The notes below the pieces were generated by a model. The model had not been told where the DNA came from. It saw only the letters and a list, made by a program, of their open reading frames with translations, and made no database searches. A DNA stretch of 64,000 nt, from assembly GCA_035084275.1 (NCBI GenBank), contig CM068756.1:1364001-1428000 (forward strand). The letters run 5' to 3'. Made by a program: the position numbers and the translations under genes. Positions 12,701 through 24,966 of the stretch are shown piece after piece. Within the stretch, counting starts at the first letter, position 1. Each line of letters starts with the position of its first letter. Source of the stretch: Hydrolagus colliei. Lineage: Eukaryota.

Positions 12701-14479
12701 ACCCCTAACTGAGGTTTCGTTTCATTGCTTGGAACACATTAAATAACTGTGCATTGGGAGCAGATAATGAGAGTGTTAAACCAACCTGATATAATTCTCA
12801 TCAACAAAGGAAAAGAGCACAGATCAATTAGGCCTCCGCGATGTAGCAACAAAACTCATGCGAGATCGTGAGACGTCACGGAATCAACTGGGAGGAAGCA
12901 CTTCTGGTCTGTATTCAAACACAATCCAATGATCAGGGCACCCGGGAAAGGTTAGGGGTGGGGGGGGACAGCGGGAACTTGGAATGTCAACTCTATCTGA
13001 CAGCTTACGCAGCTGACTTGTAAAGGGCTTCATTGCTACCTCCAAACACAAGGCCACAGTGTAAACACAGTGATTCATACAACTGCTTAGACTAATGCTT
13101 GTTCACATTATGTCTACAGACTGTACATCAGTTACACACTCCTTTCTGTATTAAGTAAATTCAGTCAGTGTTGCACAACACTGCTACATGAACCGCAGCA
13201 GCTCACCTTGAGATTTTCAAATTAATAAAGTAACCCGTTGCCTGGGTAGAGAGAGAGTGCATCGCTGATACAGTGCATGAGAACAGGCAGTTAATCAAAT
13301 GACTAATAGATCACCTTGAGTAAATGTGTTCAATAAAATGCTAGTCACAGTATATAATAATGCACTCGCTGAAAGTGAAGCGAGTGCATCAGGAACACAT
13401 CTGGAAATATTTCACTCTAGAAAAGCTGATTTCCTGTGTGCTCAGAATCGCTCAAGTAAATCCCTTCAATAAAACATTAGTCCCAGGTTCATCATAACAA
13501 TAGCTCACCAGCAGTAAATGAATGTTTCCGGGAAAATATAACATGGGTGATGTTTATGTTGTAATTTTATTCTGTGCAATTATACAGCAGCTCCTCATAA
13601 TACCGAGAGAAATCCATCCTGTTATATTGAAGTTAAAAGAGCATTACACATGCAAGACTGGAGCTCGCGAGCTGCCTTCTAAGTGTCTGTGTAAGGTCCT
13701 CAATGTAAATGAAGATTGGGACCTCACTCTCTGCAATGTGCACTTCCCTTAATCTCTCAGTGGAACTCTGTACCATTTCTGGATAAATCAGACCTCCCTT
13801 AAGCACAGCCTTGTTTAAGAAGTTCTAATCCATCTATAAGCAGATTCATCTCAATTTCTGCTCATCGCCCTCTACAAATTGGAATTGATCTCATCAGGGA
13901 TCCTCTTTACTTGCCAACAGAGATTATTGACAGCAAGAATCACTGGATTGGATTTCAGATCTCGCAAGGTTTCTGCTGTAGATTAGGATTTACGCAGCTC
14001 GCCTTATCTGTGTCTTTAACTAATTTGAGTCAGGTTTGAAGTGATTCACTGACCAATCTTTACTCCATAGTTTTGGGACTGGATTTTGATGCATATCAGT
14101 GATGTTTAGACTGACTCTTACACTATCGAGTTCCTCAGACAGGATTTAACCAGCCTATTCTAAATTCAGTGGAAACATGATTTCTCATGATTTAGAAAGC
14201 TTCACAGTTTTGCGCAAAGTTCAGAGCGACAAATTTCCACTCAAAGGACTTTCTGAAGACCATCGTGGCAAAGTGCAATAGGTTCTGCGCTCTTAAAAAC
14301 TTCACCTCAACAAATTATCAATCAGGGTAATTCTGGTCAAACAAATTTATTGATTCATCAAAAAAGTTTGATGATGTGCTAAAGGACAGCAGAGGTACTC
14401 ACTCAATTGCTAAACTACTTTCAGAGGGACATGGGAGATGAAATGGTTTATTTCCTAAACTGTGCTGTTATTTATCTCA

Positions 14480-14730
14480 AGAATGACAGCACAAGGTGGC
14501 GCTACCATAGGCCTCAGTGTTGTGGGTTAGCGAGAGACAAGTGAGCAAGGGTTCCAGTTCCTCATCGAACAATTCCTGGTGGACCTTCATGTTAGCGATA
14601 CCAGATTGGTACATGATTAGACTCGGCTAGCAGTCTCCCCAGGGTTGAATTGTCTGACAATCCTCACCATCAAAGCTCACACACAAACACTGACGTTTGA
14701 CACGAGATAGCCATCAGTACCTGTGCTGGC
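14480..14730 (+). mobile_element. Probable ancient interspersed repeat (related fragment at ~46535-46650)
   Basis: ctcaccatcaaagctcacacac..gacacgagatagc resembles ctcaccatctagactaacac..gacgagatacc at ~46540-46590. The family was not identified. Confidence 0.35.
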
Positions 14731-15307
14731 AGATCTACAGGCCGGTCAAAGGAAAAGGGGAGTCAAACGTTTTCAGGATAGGAGGTGCAGTGAAAGACAA
14801 TCACGCCAAATTAAGCTCTTTGGAACATGTGTGAGTGTGGTTGGGACTGCAAAGATTCTGGCAACAAAGAACTTAATTCTGGAGCTTGACCCCAAAAAGG
14901 AAAATCAAAATAAGTGTGACTATGTCTTTGGACAATGTGACATCGATCGTAAAGTCTTACTGTTTGGGCATTGGTGACCTGGAGACCAGAGGTGTCTGAG
15001 CATGAACGACTAAACTGACCCAGTCTGGAATTCCAGATGTCATTGGGGCTGTGCAGCTTTCCACTTTGTCATCTTGAGCAATTAATCTCTCTGAGTGAAA
15101 ACGGCAGAAAGCCAGCTGAGGACTGCACGACCCTCCACACTCTTCAAACGTGTAAATTAAACCACAAACTTCATTCAACTGAAAGTCCTGGACCCATTCA
15201 TCATCATGAAAGAGCGGTTAAGTTCTCCATCCGCCCAACCCACTTGAATCAGGAGGACAACACGTGCGCTAGGCATCAGGCATCTACACAGTAACGTCAC
15301 CATCAGG

Positions 15308-15485
15308 GCTGGGGAGAGAGGAGGTGGGGCTGAGGGGTGGGGGGAATGGGGGTAGAGGAGGTGGGGAGGGAAAGGGGAGGTGTTGGGGGAGAGAGGAGGT
15401 GGTGGGGGTGAGGGGGGGAAGGCTATGAGAGGAGTTGTGGGAAAGAGGAGGGTGGGAGAGGGGTTTTGGGGGGAGGGAGGGGGAG
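15308..15485 (+). repeat. G-rich low-complexity tract, G-quadruplex-prone
   Basis: More than 15 G-runs, with an internal repeat of ggggagagaggaggtgg. Confidence 0.8.
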
Positions 15486-15753
15486 ATCTGGATGCCACAA
15501 AATTCAGACAACTTCAATACCAAGGAACACGATCAATAATTAGAATTACTAGAACCAATAACTTGCTATTTTCCTGTTAGTATGTAGCACATCTCTCATG
15601 TGAGATAAGGCACTTGCGAAGGTCACGTGAACGTCAGCGACTAAGGCTCATGAACTGAGTCTCTGTTTCCTTTTACTTCAACTCCAAGGAGACTCTGAAT
15701 CTGCGTGGCTTCTGCACCCCGTCGCCTGGCTTAATCTGAGAGCTGTCTGTCAC

Positions 15754-15825
15754 CAGCGCCTTGGGACGTCCTCCTGACGTGAAAGGCGCTATACAAGTGC
15801 AAGTTTGTAGTTGTTGTTGTTGTTG
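15754..15825 (+). mobile_element. L2 tail fragment
   Basis: cagcgccttgggacgtcctcctgacgtgaaaggcgctatacaagtgcaag..ttgttgttgttg. Confidence 0.78.
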
Positions 15826-17049
15826 TCGTCACCGTAAGTGAGCTTTAACTGGGTGTAAACTATCAGTTGCCTTACACATCGTGTGGCCTAACTTGGGAGC
15901 AAATCCATTTCCGATTGAATCTGCTGTAAATGGGGAAGCGCACTGCGGGCGCCAAGTGGAAATATCAAGCACCTGACAACAAAGCCATTGTCCTCCACCA
16001 CAATTAGTGATACGTTAATTGATATGATCAAGTTGCCACCTTGAACATAATCTCCTGAGCTATTGTGGCAGCAGAAAGATTGGATATCTGCTGAATGCCA
16101 CATCCGTCATGCAAAGTCTGGACAAGTCTGCCTGGGTTGAGCAAGATTCTTCCACGGATAGTTTCAGAGGCCCTATTTGCGGCCTTTTTTGAACTTCAAA
16201 TGAAGTGGTGGAGATGAAGCACGTCGACAGTAACAAGCAGCCAGCAGTGCGATCCTCACTTTTATTTCATGAGTGAAAAGACTGAATAAGCACTGGGGCT
16301 GCGACAGACTTCATTATCCAGCTCTTTTCACAATACCACTTCTAAATGTCAGCCATTCTACTGATTAAAAACAGGCGCCAGCACCTCACACAAGCTCTCT
16401 CCCAGTCACCTCTGCTTCTCATATCATATACATGGGCTTTCGACTCTCCCCAAAAAAAACTATTCAGAGCATGTGCACCTTTTTAAATAAAGCACCCCCC
16501 CCCCCACCCACCCCCACCCCCACCCTCACCACTGTTTTACGTGACCACCCAAGTCCCTGATTGACTTGTGCACTTGCAATCGTTGTCTGGGCTACAAAAC
16601 TGTGCGTCAATACAGGAAACACTCCAATGAACCGTAAACCCATCCCAATCTATTTTAGTGAAGCAAATCTTTAAAATAAAGACATTTTTCATTGTGTTAC
16701 ACAATGAGGAGCAAAATCCAATTCTTTTATCTGATTATATAAATCCACATTTTAGCCAGAAATCCATCTCATGTGAAAATAGTTTTTAACTATAGCTCCT
16801 CACAAATGGATACAGAACTCACCCAAACTAGCTCCAAGGATAACGTGAGAGCGTCAGAGGCTTGAAATTCCTTAGGATGTTAGCCTTAAGACCACCGTCT
16901 TAAAATTTAATATTATGTGGCCTTAAGGCTAAGGATCTGAGGCAATTCAGACCTTTGATGTCTACAATTTCTTCATTTGCCCATGTTTGGAAGGTGGGTG
17001 GAGGAAATGTTAAAAATCTGATTTTAATAAGTCATATAATAAAAGCTAA

Positions 17050-17229
17050 AAAAAAAAATTTGGTCACTTCAATCTACGCCTGTTTGTGGGACACTGCTGT
17101 GCGCAATTGGCTGCAACGTTTCACCCACAAATGTACAGTCAATTCACTTTACAGTATATTCTGTGAAGCACTTTGAGGTGTCTAGAAGATGTGAAAAGCG
17201 CTATATCAAATGCAAGGATTATTATCATT
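17050..17229 (+). mobile_element. 5'-truncated tRNA-SINE copy
   Basis: ttggtcacttcaatctacgcctgtttgtgggacactgctgtgcgcaattggctgc...atcaaatgcaaggattatt. Confidence 0.88.
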
Positions 17230-18204
17230 AAACAACATTAAACAATGACACTGATCGTTGAGCAAAACGGCCTGTTTTGCTGCTGCATGTGCTAGTTATG
17301 GTAACTGCAAACCCAACACTCCCAATTCCTGTTTCGCCCGTCTCATTCTGGGAAATGTCACCTCACCTCATTATCAGTTGAAGACAGAAATACGAAATGG
17401 GCATTATTTGATACCTTAGGTTAAACCACTGAAAGAAAACCTTTTGATCTTGAAAGCAACAGCTGAGGTATCTATTCGATGGAGCGAGATAACAAAGTGA
17501 AGGCAAGTTACGGCAAGAATTTTTCAATAATCAGCTTTGTTATTTACCCCCAAAAAATACAATAAAGGGTTAGTTGATTTTTTGGGGCCATTAAGTGAGG
17601 AAAGAGCCCATATTACTCAGCACACTCATTCTTAACTAATGAGCTCTGACCTAACCTCTGAATGCTATCAGTTTCCGATATAACATCTCTATTAGGTTGT
17701 AAAATAAGTAAATATACTCCTAATGACCCTCGCGCTTAATGATGCTATTGAACAAATCAATTCTCTCATTCCCTTTGTCATTCACAATCTCTCCTGCCTG
17801 CATTTGGACTTTATCTAACTCTAACACTAAGGTAACACATTTGTAACTTTGAACATCTAAGACGTTGATACACAAACCCACATCTAAAGCATAATTCCAC
17901 GATATATTTTAAAACGTATTCAAGGAAGATAGTCGGAAGATCTGCCAAAACCTCGTTGAAAACAGTGTCCAAACTTGTTTTCAGAAATACAAACCCAGTT
18001 TGGGCTGCCTTTCTTGGCTGTGGGATATTGCTGGATTCAGGCATTAAAAACAAATTTGTGGAGATCTCATCAAAATAATAAGAACAATGCTTATGTTTGA
18101 TTACTGTGCCTTTTACCTCTGAAATCATATTAACAATATTTTATTCTAAAGTATAGTGACTGTACATTTTGTAAGGAAGATTCTCCCGACACACTTTGTC
18201 CTTC

Positions 18205-18332
18205 ATGGCGGTTTGAGACATTGTTGTGCTCAAACTGGCTGCTGTCTCTGCAGTTTGCAGTAAATCCTGTGAAGCGATTTGCAATGTACTTTCGAGGTGA
18301 AAACTGCCGTTTTCAATAATGCAAAGATTATT
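18205..18332 (+). mobile_element. Old SINE 3' fragment
   Basis: tgagacattgttgtgctcaaactggctgc..cagtaaatcctgtgaagcg..aatgcaaagattatt. Confidence 0.55.
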
Positions 18333-21300
18333 GAAGAAGAAATTGAACTGGAATGTAGAACAGACTCTATGTTGTCACTGTGGGAGTTCCACCGAGAAAG
18401 AGTGCTCAATGCTCAATGGCATGCTGAAGGAACTTGGGTTATACAGTATATTGTTTCTCAATTAGCACTAGAGCAATAAATAATGCTGTTTGCATCAAAG
18501 GCAGGGATGTATCAGGAAGTTCTGCAAGCGAGAGCAACTTTATCTAAAAACTTTGCAAAGAACTGACACCATCAATGGTAGATAGTCTATATACCCCATA
18601 AATTGTGCTTCCAGCACTATTCTATCAAATGGAAAATGACTTATTTATGTAAGTAAACATCACTTTGCCCTCCCCTAACCTTTCTCCAGCCAAGGCTGAA
18701 ATCCCTTGCTTATTATGACCTTTTAACGATCAGCAGACCATACCGCTGACCTCTCCTGTGAGCGATCGCCTACTTCTTTATTAATACAGTGCATGAAAAA
18801 TGTAATCTGCAGCCTGTGTTGAAATACAGTGTGGCGCAGCAATTAAACAGGCAAGAGGCCAAGGGAGCATCCTCATTAACAGCAGAGCAGGTCATCAGTC
18901 TGCAGTGACTATCAGGCAGCCGGACCACAGGATCTCATCAGTCTTACAACAGCACCTCTGTACTTGGCAGAATTAATGTAGGTATGAATGCTTTAATCAC
19001 AGCACCGAGCATTTCATTACTAGGTGTAGGGATGAGTGTGGGTGGGGGGGGGACCGCGGAAAGAGGGAGGGTATAGATGGGGGGAATGATATTGTGCAGG
19101 TAAGACAAAAAGAGGCAGGGGAATTAAATTTATTTCCATCAAGTTGAATTTGAATAAAAAATTAGTCCTATCAGTTCTATAACATTACCATTTTCATAGC
19201 ACATGCTTCATTCTTTACCCCACCCCACTTTCTTTAAACAGAAGCCCAATTCATTTTCTTTGCAAATAACGCAAGGGATTTGGGTGTGTTGTCAGACAAT
19301 GCATGAAACTGTCAGGATGTTTCGCCAGCATTGCATTCTTAAAATAAAACTTTCCAACTGGCCTGTGCTCTGGGATCATTAGGTGCACTTGATAAATTAC
19401 GCCATGTTTCTACTAATGAGGTCTTCAGTTCATTGCTTGATACCAGTAGCCTCTCCCAATTACACAAACCATCCTAACTACACAAGCTATCAGCATACAG
19501 AACTACACAGATCTGGCTGGAGGGAGGGGTTGGGGGGGTGGGGGTTGGTTAGAGAGAAAGAGAGAGAAGGGTGGATGGGTCTTTACCTCGATGCTAAAGT
19601 CTTTCACTAATCAGAAAATGGTTTACGACGAACAATCTCAATTAAGCAGGTAAAATGTGGCTGGTTTATGCTGCTGATAAATTGATGGGTTTGCATCACT
19701 GCAAGCTGGGTGCTTATTATTTCCGAACTTACATAAATAACAGTGAATATTTATCAGCACAAGATGCAGCTAACGGTGCAAAGGTACACTGCGGATATGG
19801 TGGGAATGGAGACATTCTTAGAAATACCTGTCAGACAATGATAGCAAGCAAACACTATTCTCAGTGGCATTTTGATGCTCAGGACCCAGCAGTGTCAATA
19901 TTCATTGTGGGTAAGCGCATTAAAGACCTCCGCAGCATATGCTAGGGTGCCCATTGCCTTGGTGGTGTTGATCCATATTTATAAAGTGAACGTCTCCCGG
20001 GAACAGCTGCACTACCTGTCAAATGGAAAATGGAGAGAAGATCCCCCCCCCACCTCCCCCCACCACTTCCCTTTGATGAGCTCTTCGTTAGCACGTCTAA
20101 TTGCATCGACATAGCCCGTCCGATTTGCAATTCATCATTAACGTTAAGCCTCCCGTCCTAATATTAAAAGTAACCACGCAGCGGCTCAGGGGAGGACAGG
20201 AAACACACTCTGCTCCTAATCCCCGGGCTCTTCCCTTCTGATTTCCACACATATGGCAGAGATCTTTGGAGGGAAGAACCGGGAGGCCCTACTATTTTTC
20301 CGCCTCCGTGTATATATGTGTTCACGCGCAAACGTACGTCAGTACGGGTACACGTGTATAATGTGAACTTGGAAATCTCAGAAACCCACACGTTAGTCAT
20401 TGATCAAACAGCAACTCCGGAAAGGGGGTACAAATGTCAGAACGACTGCAAGCTCTTTGGTGTATGTGAGACAGAGAGAGAGAAGGCGGGGGCGTGAGGG
20501 GGAGGGGGGGGGAGAGCGAGAGAGAGGGAGAGGTGTGTGGGAGTCAGCAAGTGTGAGAGAGTGCTAACTATGCACCTTTCATTAAATTACAGAAAGGACT
20601 GAGGTGCCACTGACTCAAGGACTTGTCAGTGAGAAATAATTGCTCTAAAATTTGTCCTTTAACCCCTTTACTGCTGGAAGTCGACGACACATTGGGCCGT
20701 TTTAATCAAAACAGATCGGTTAGTTCACTAAAAACAGGCCCTGGGTGTTTTAGATATGCGAGGGTCAAGAGGCCAGACTATACACACAGCCCAATCATTT
20801 CTCATGAGGCAAAGCTGCATTTCATTTCAAATCTTAATGTTTGTTTTAATCTCACAATCTAATTTGTCATCCTATTGATCAATTTTTTTTGGAGTGGTGG
20901 GGTTGGAGGGGGGCGATTTAAAATGCTCGAAAACAACAGCCTTTTTGCTATCGACCTTTAAGAGAAAAGAGAAGCTTTGTATTTTCTGTGCAGTAACTGA
21001 TGCGCGTGCTCAGGTAGGCCAGTGAGAAGCAAGATTGCAGTGAGGCCGATTGCAGAGGAGGTGAGGGACCTTCATAGACCTGTTTACATTTCAATGGGAA
21101 ATGTAGATCAAGTTGCTCTTCCAAAGTAACCCTTCCCTGTCCAGCTCACCCTGTGACCAAAACCCATTCCTAGGCCGAAGACAACCTCAGCCTCTATTTG
21201 CTTTCACTGAAACCAGAGAACAGGCATCTTCACTCAGACTTTACCCTAATCGTGTTCAAGAACTCTCAGATTCAAAATGACAGAAGATTATTTATTTGCT

Positions 21301-22265
21301 CAGGCCTGCTGGACACACCAAACAGGAAAGCCGCTGCTTTCCGAAATTCAGAAGGCCAACGCCAATGTTCCCTCCTCACCCCCACCCCCCCCACCCAAAA
21401 TACAATAAAAATGCCTAATTTTTAAACTCACTGGAATATTTTTTCCTACGTGGGCAAATAAAGAGCACAGCTAATTTCCTCTGAACGAGTCCAACTCCTT
21501 TGACAGAATTCATCTGAAATTTCTCAATCGTTGTGACAAGGATCAACAAATAAAAGAGGAAGGCTCTGACGTGTGACAGTGTTGCAGTACAACCTATTAG
21601 GGCTCTAGAAAAAAGGATACTGTCTCTTTAAATATTTCTTCCTTTAAATATACTTCAGGGTATGACAAAGATTTCCTCATTTCCTTTTAAGAGTGCTTCA
21701 GTGAACAGTGCTGTTCAGAAATCGATGCAGTGATTGGCAGCTAACGTTTTTTTTCCCCCTGTTATGTCTCAGTAAATTCAGGCTGACAGCTGATCATCCT
21801 GATCAAAAACCAGCAAAAGCAAAACCGTTTGATTCTTTAGTACATGGAGAGAGAGAGAGAGAGAGAGAGAAAAAAAGCGTTGAACAGGAAAGAAAGGATG
21901 TCTTAATTGTACTTCACAACTAGAAAAGTGTAAAGACCGAGCTGACCTGATTTCAAACTTCAGCTGCGTTCTCGTGAATCAAAATCAGTGGTCAATAAAG
22001 TCCTCAGCAAACATATTCCCCACCTTCTAAATACGACGACTGATGGAGCTGCTGGAATCGTGACAGAAGCAACTTCGATGGAAGCTCTCCCGGTGTACAC
22101 TATCGGTACATAGTCGGTACATCGCTGCCAAGTCTCATTTCTGCTCTTTACGGGGCTGTGGTCTGGCTCTGCTCCCTGCACCCAGATACCTCTCCTCCGC
22201 CACTGGTCGGGTGCCCTGTGAGCTACGCGCAGCGCTGTGAGAGGCGGTCCCACCATACATCAATG

Positions 22266-22380
22266 TAACAATAATAATCCTTGCATTTGATGTAGCCCCT
22301 TATCACGCCTTCCGAGACATCTCAAAGCGCTTCGCAGAATGAGCTGCAAAGTCAATTGGGACTTTGTATTTTGTGGGAGA
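22266..22380 (-). mobile_element. SINE 3' tail fragment
   Basis: aataataatccttgcatttgatgtagccccttatcacg..catctcaaagcgcttcgcagaat. Confidence 0.75.
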
Positions 22381-22619
22381 AAACTATTGATGTAAATTAA
22401 GGCTTCCTGGTGCATCCCAACCCGCAAGGCCATTGCTAAAGCTGGCAAGTGATGAAATTCCGGATGAGTCACTTGGGTTAGCCTCCCACCAACTGGAGGT
22501 TGGCTTGGATTCTTGCCTCATCTTCAGGCTGGGGGGTGGGGGGTGGTTGGGGGGGGTGGGGGGTGGTGGGGGGGGGAAGCATAAACAGCGCCTGGATAGC
22601 AAATAGGAGTCATCGCACC

Positions 22620-22808
22620 ATTTTATTCCAGACTCGCAACTTAACAGAGTACGACGAAGACCACAGCTGGTGTGACGAGTGGAAAGGTCACACTGGGAGA
22701 GATGTTGCTCTTTTAAGGACGTGGTTAAGATGCATCGTTGGGAGGAGAGCCGCGCTTGATGCAGACTCCGGGCATCAAAATAACTGACCTTACTGAGGAC
22801 AACACAGT
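22620..22808 (+). repeat. Left arm of a ~190-bp inverted repeat
   Basis: Aligns to the reverse complement of 24172-24362 with ~16 differences by manual count. Confidence 0.92.
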
Positions 22809-23578
22809 CTTTGCACAACTGCCCTTGTGAACGGCCAGAATGCATTATCGACATAACTTCAATTTCAAATATGGATTAAACTTTTAACAATGTAATAAAA
22901 CATATCTGCACTATTGATTTTACAAATTAGGTGGTGGCATGTGATTCTCACTTCTCACCGAGCAGTCAGACTGGTCATTATTTATTTAATCATAAGTTGG
23001 GAGGGAAATGACTTCAATGTTAGTCACTTCCGTAATGATAGGTTTCCTTGTTCTGCAGGCTGGCAGCCACCCAGAGTCACACAAACAGCTTCACATCCCA
23101 GAGGCACACAGTGTAAACACTGCCTTTAAGACTCAATAGTCCCACTCTTAATACTATTTGTAATCACCGTCTAACGAAATGCAGATTCCTGACTCATCCA
23201 ATTACTGGTTTCAGGAATGAAAACTGGATCGGGAGTCGTGAGTTTGCAATTCGTGCACAGATTCATTCATCACCCTCCCTTCCCCCACCCCCACCCGCAC
23301 GTAAAAAATTTCAATTTTCTACGCAAACGTTTTAAAAACAAAACACGCATCTTCCAAGTGACCCTGTCCCAGCGGTGAAGAAAGAAAACCTTCCCTGCCC
23401 AGACACAGTCATTTGTCTCGCTTCTCCAGATGACTCAAACAAAGTCAGGGATCTTGCCCTTCAGAAACTCCAGGAAGTTTGAGTTGAAAGTGAGTCAAGA
23501 GTCTGGATTTCGACTTTGGTTCTTTGCAACCGAAGCAACCGCTCTGCAAGATTTTGTCGGGCCCTGCACGACAGGGCA

Positions 23579-23918
23579 AATAGAGAAAAACTATTTCCAC
23601 TCGTGGGTGAATCTGTGACTCGTGGTCACAGATTTAAAATAGTTTCAAGGCGCAGTAGAGGGGAGCTGAGGAGAAATTTTTTCACTCAGCGAGTTGTTCG
23701 AATCTGGAATGCATTGCCTGAAAAGGTGGTGGAGGCTGATTCGATAACAACTTTTCAAAGGGAATTAGATCTTTATTTAGGGAGAACGGGTCTATTAGGC
23801 TATGGGGAGCGGGCAGGGCAGTGGGATTGAATCGCTCTTTTCAAAGAGCCGGCACAGACTAGATGGGCCGAATGGCCTCCTTTTGTGCCGTAAAATTCTA
23901 TGATTCTATGATTCTAAG
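23579..23918 (+). mobile_element. CR1 LINE 3' end (ORF2 C-terminus + 3'UTR + (ATTCTATG)n tail)
   Basis: REKLFPLVGESVTRGHRFKI...RNFFTQRVVRIWNALPEKVVEADSITTFQRELD..GYGERAGQW is a classic CR1 ORF2 end. It is followed by gatgggccgaatggcctcc and attctatgattctatgattcta. Confidence 0.93.
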
Positions 23919-24171
23919 ATGGTTCTGAGCCAGGTGTCCTGATTCTAACTATTTTTTTGCATCGTACTCGACGAGTATTTTTTTTTTAATGAATTTCATA
24001 CCGATTGCAAAATGGCGTGGCAAGAGAGAAAGGTTCCTCGTAAAGCTGATGAATCATACAGTTAACTTCATTAAATGAATCCCTGATCAGGAAACATTTA
24101 AGCAAAGTTCATGAAACGTTCCCCACAAACACACGCAAAATGACACGCAAGTTATTGCAAACACCCGGAAC

Positions 24172-24362
24172 ACTGTGTTGTCCTCAGTAAGGTCAGTTAT
24201 TTTGAGGCCTGGAGTCTGCATCAAGCGCGGTTCTCCTCCCAACAATGCATCTTAACCACGTCCTTAAAAGAGCAACGTCTTTCCCCGTGTGACCTTTCCA
24301 CTCGCCGCGCACCAGCTGTGCTCATCGTCGTACTGAGTTCAGTTGCCAGTCTGTAATAAAAT
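24172..24362 (-). repeat. Right arm of a ~190-bp inverted repeat
   Basis: actgtgttgtcctcagtaaggtcagttattttga...ctgtaataaaat is the reverse complement of 22620-22808. Confidence 0.92.
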
Positions 24363-24919
24363 TGCTCCATTCACATTCACAGAAGAGATCACACAGGATT
24401 TGCCTTTTTGCTGTTATAAAGCATTCGCGGTAATATCATCACCTTTTCGCAGGTTGTTTGGGAGAATTTGCGGGATTCTTAACAAGGGGGTCTTATATAG
24501 AATTCAAAATCTGAACTAGATCAGGTCGGAATGAAGCCTCTCATCGGTCACCGCGACGCACTCTAGGTGACATCTGTCTTGCCCACCGCCACCCAAATTT
24601 TGTGGCTCGCATTCCTGCCCTGTTAATGCCACAATTAGAATCCATCATTTTTGGTGCTGCTTACGAGAAGCAGATTTCCGTTTCAAATCACTTTGAAACG
24701 ATAACCTCCAATGGGAGCTTGCTTTCCTCCCCAAGTGTTCACAGCAACAATAGAAACTGAGAGGCCAAGCGATGTGCTGATAAGTGTATGTTTTTTCACC
24801 TCAGAAGATCTCAAATACTACCCCACGTATCCCATATATTTTGCATCAACGGACAGCAGGTCAGTGGAAAGAGAGGAGATGAATTAATCATCACCCCAGC
24901 CGGCTTCTGAGGTTGTTTT

Positions 24920-24966
24920 ATATATATATATCTATATATATATATATATGTGTGTGTATATATATA
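24920..24966. repeat. (TA)n/(TG)n microsatellite
   Basis: Seen directly in the sequence. Confidence 0.9.

Noticed and set aside
13360-13389. Perfect 11-bp hairpin atgcactcgct-N8-agcgagtgcat (also an 8-bp one at 9133-9151)
   Set aside because: These are short, isolated and without supporting context. They could arise by chance, and bacterial-type terminators do not apply here.
19195-19230. ATG AAG CAT (MKH) as a piece of the next ZFHX3 exon
   Set aside because: The flanking codons do not match the expected HVRSMKHQ context.
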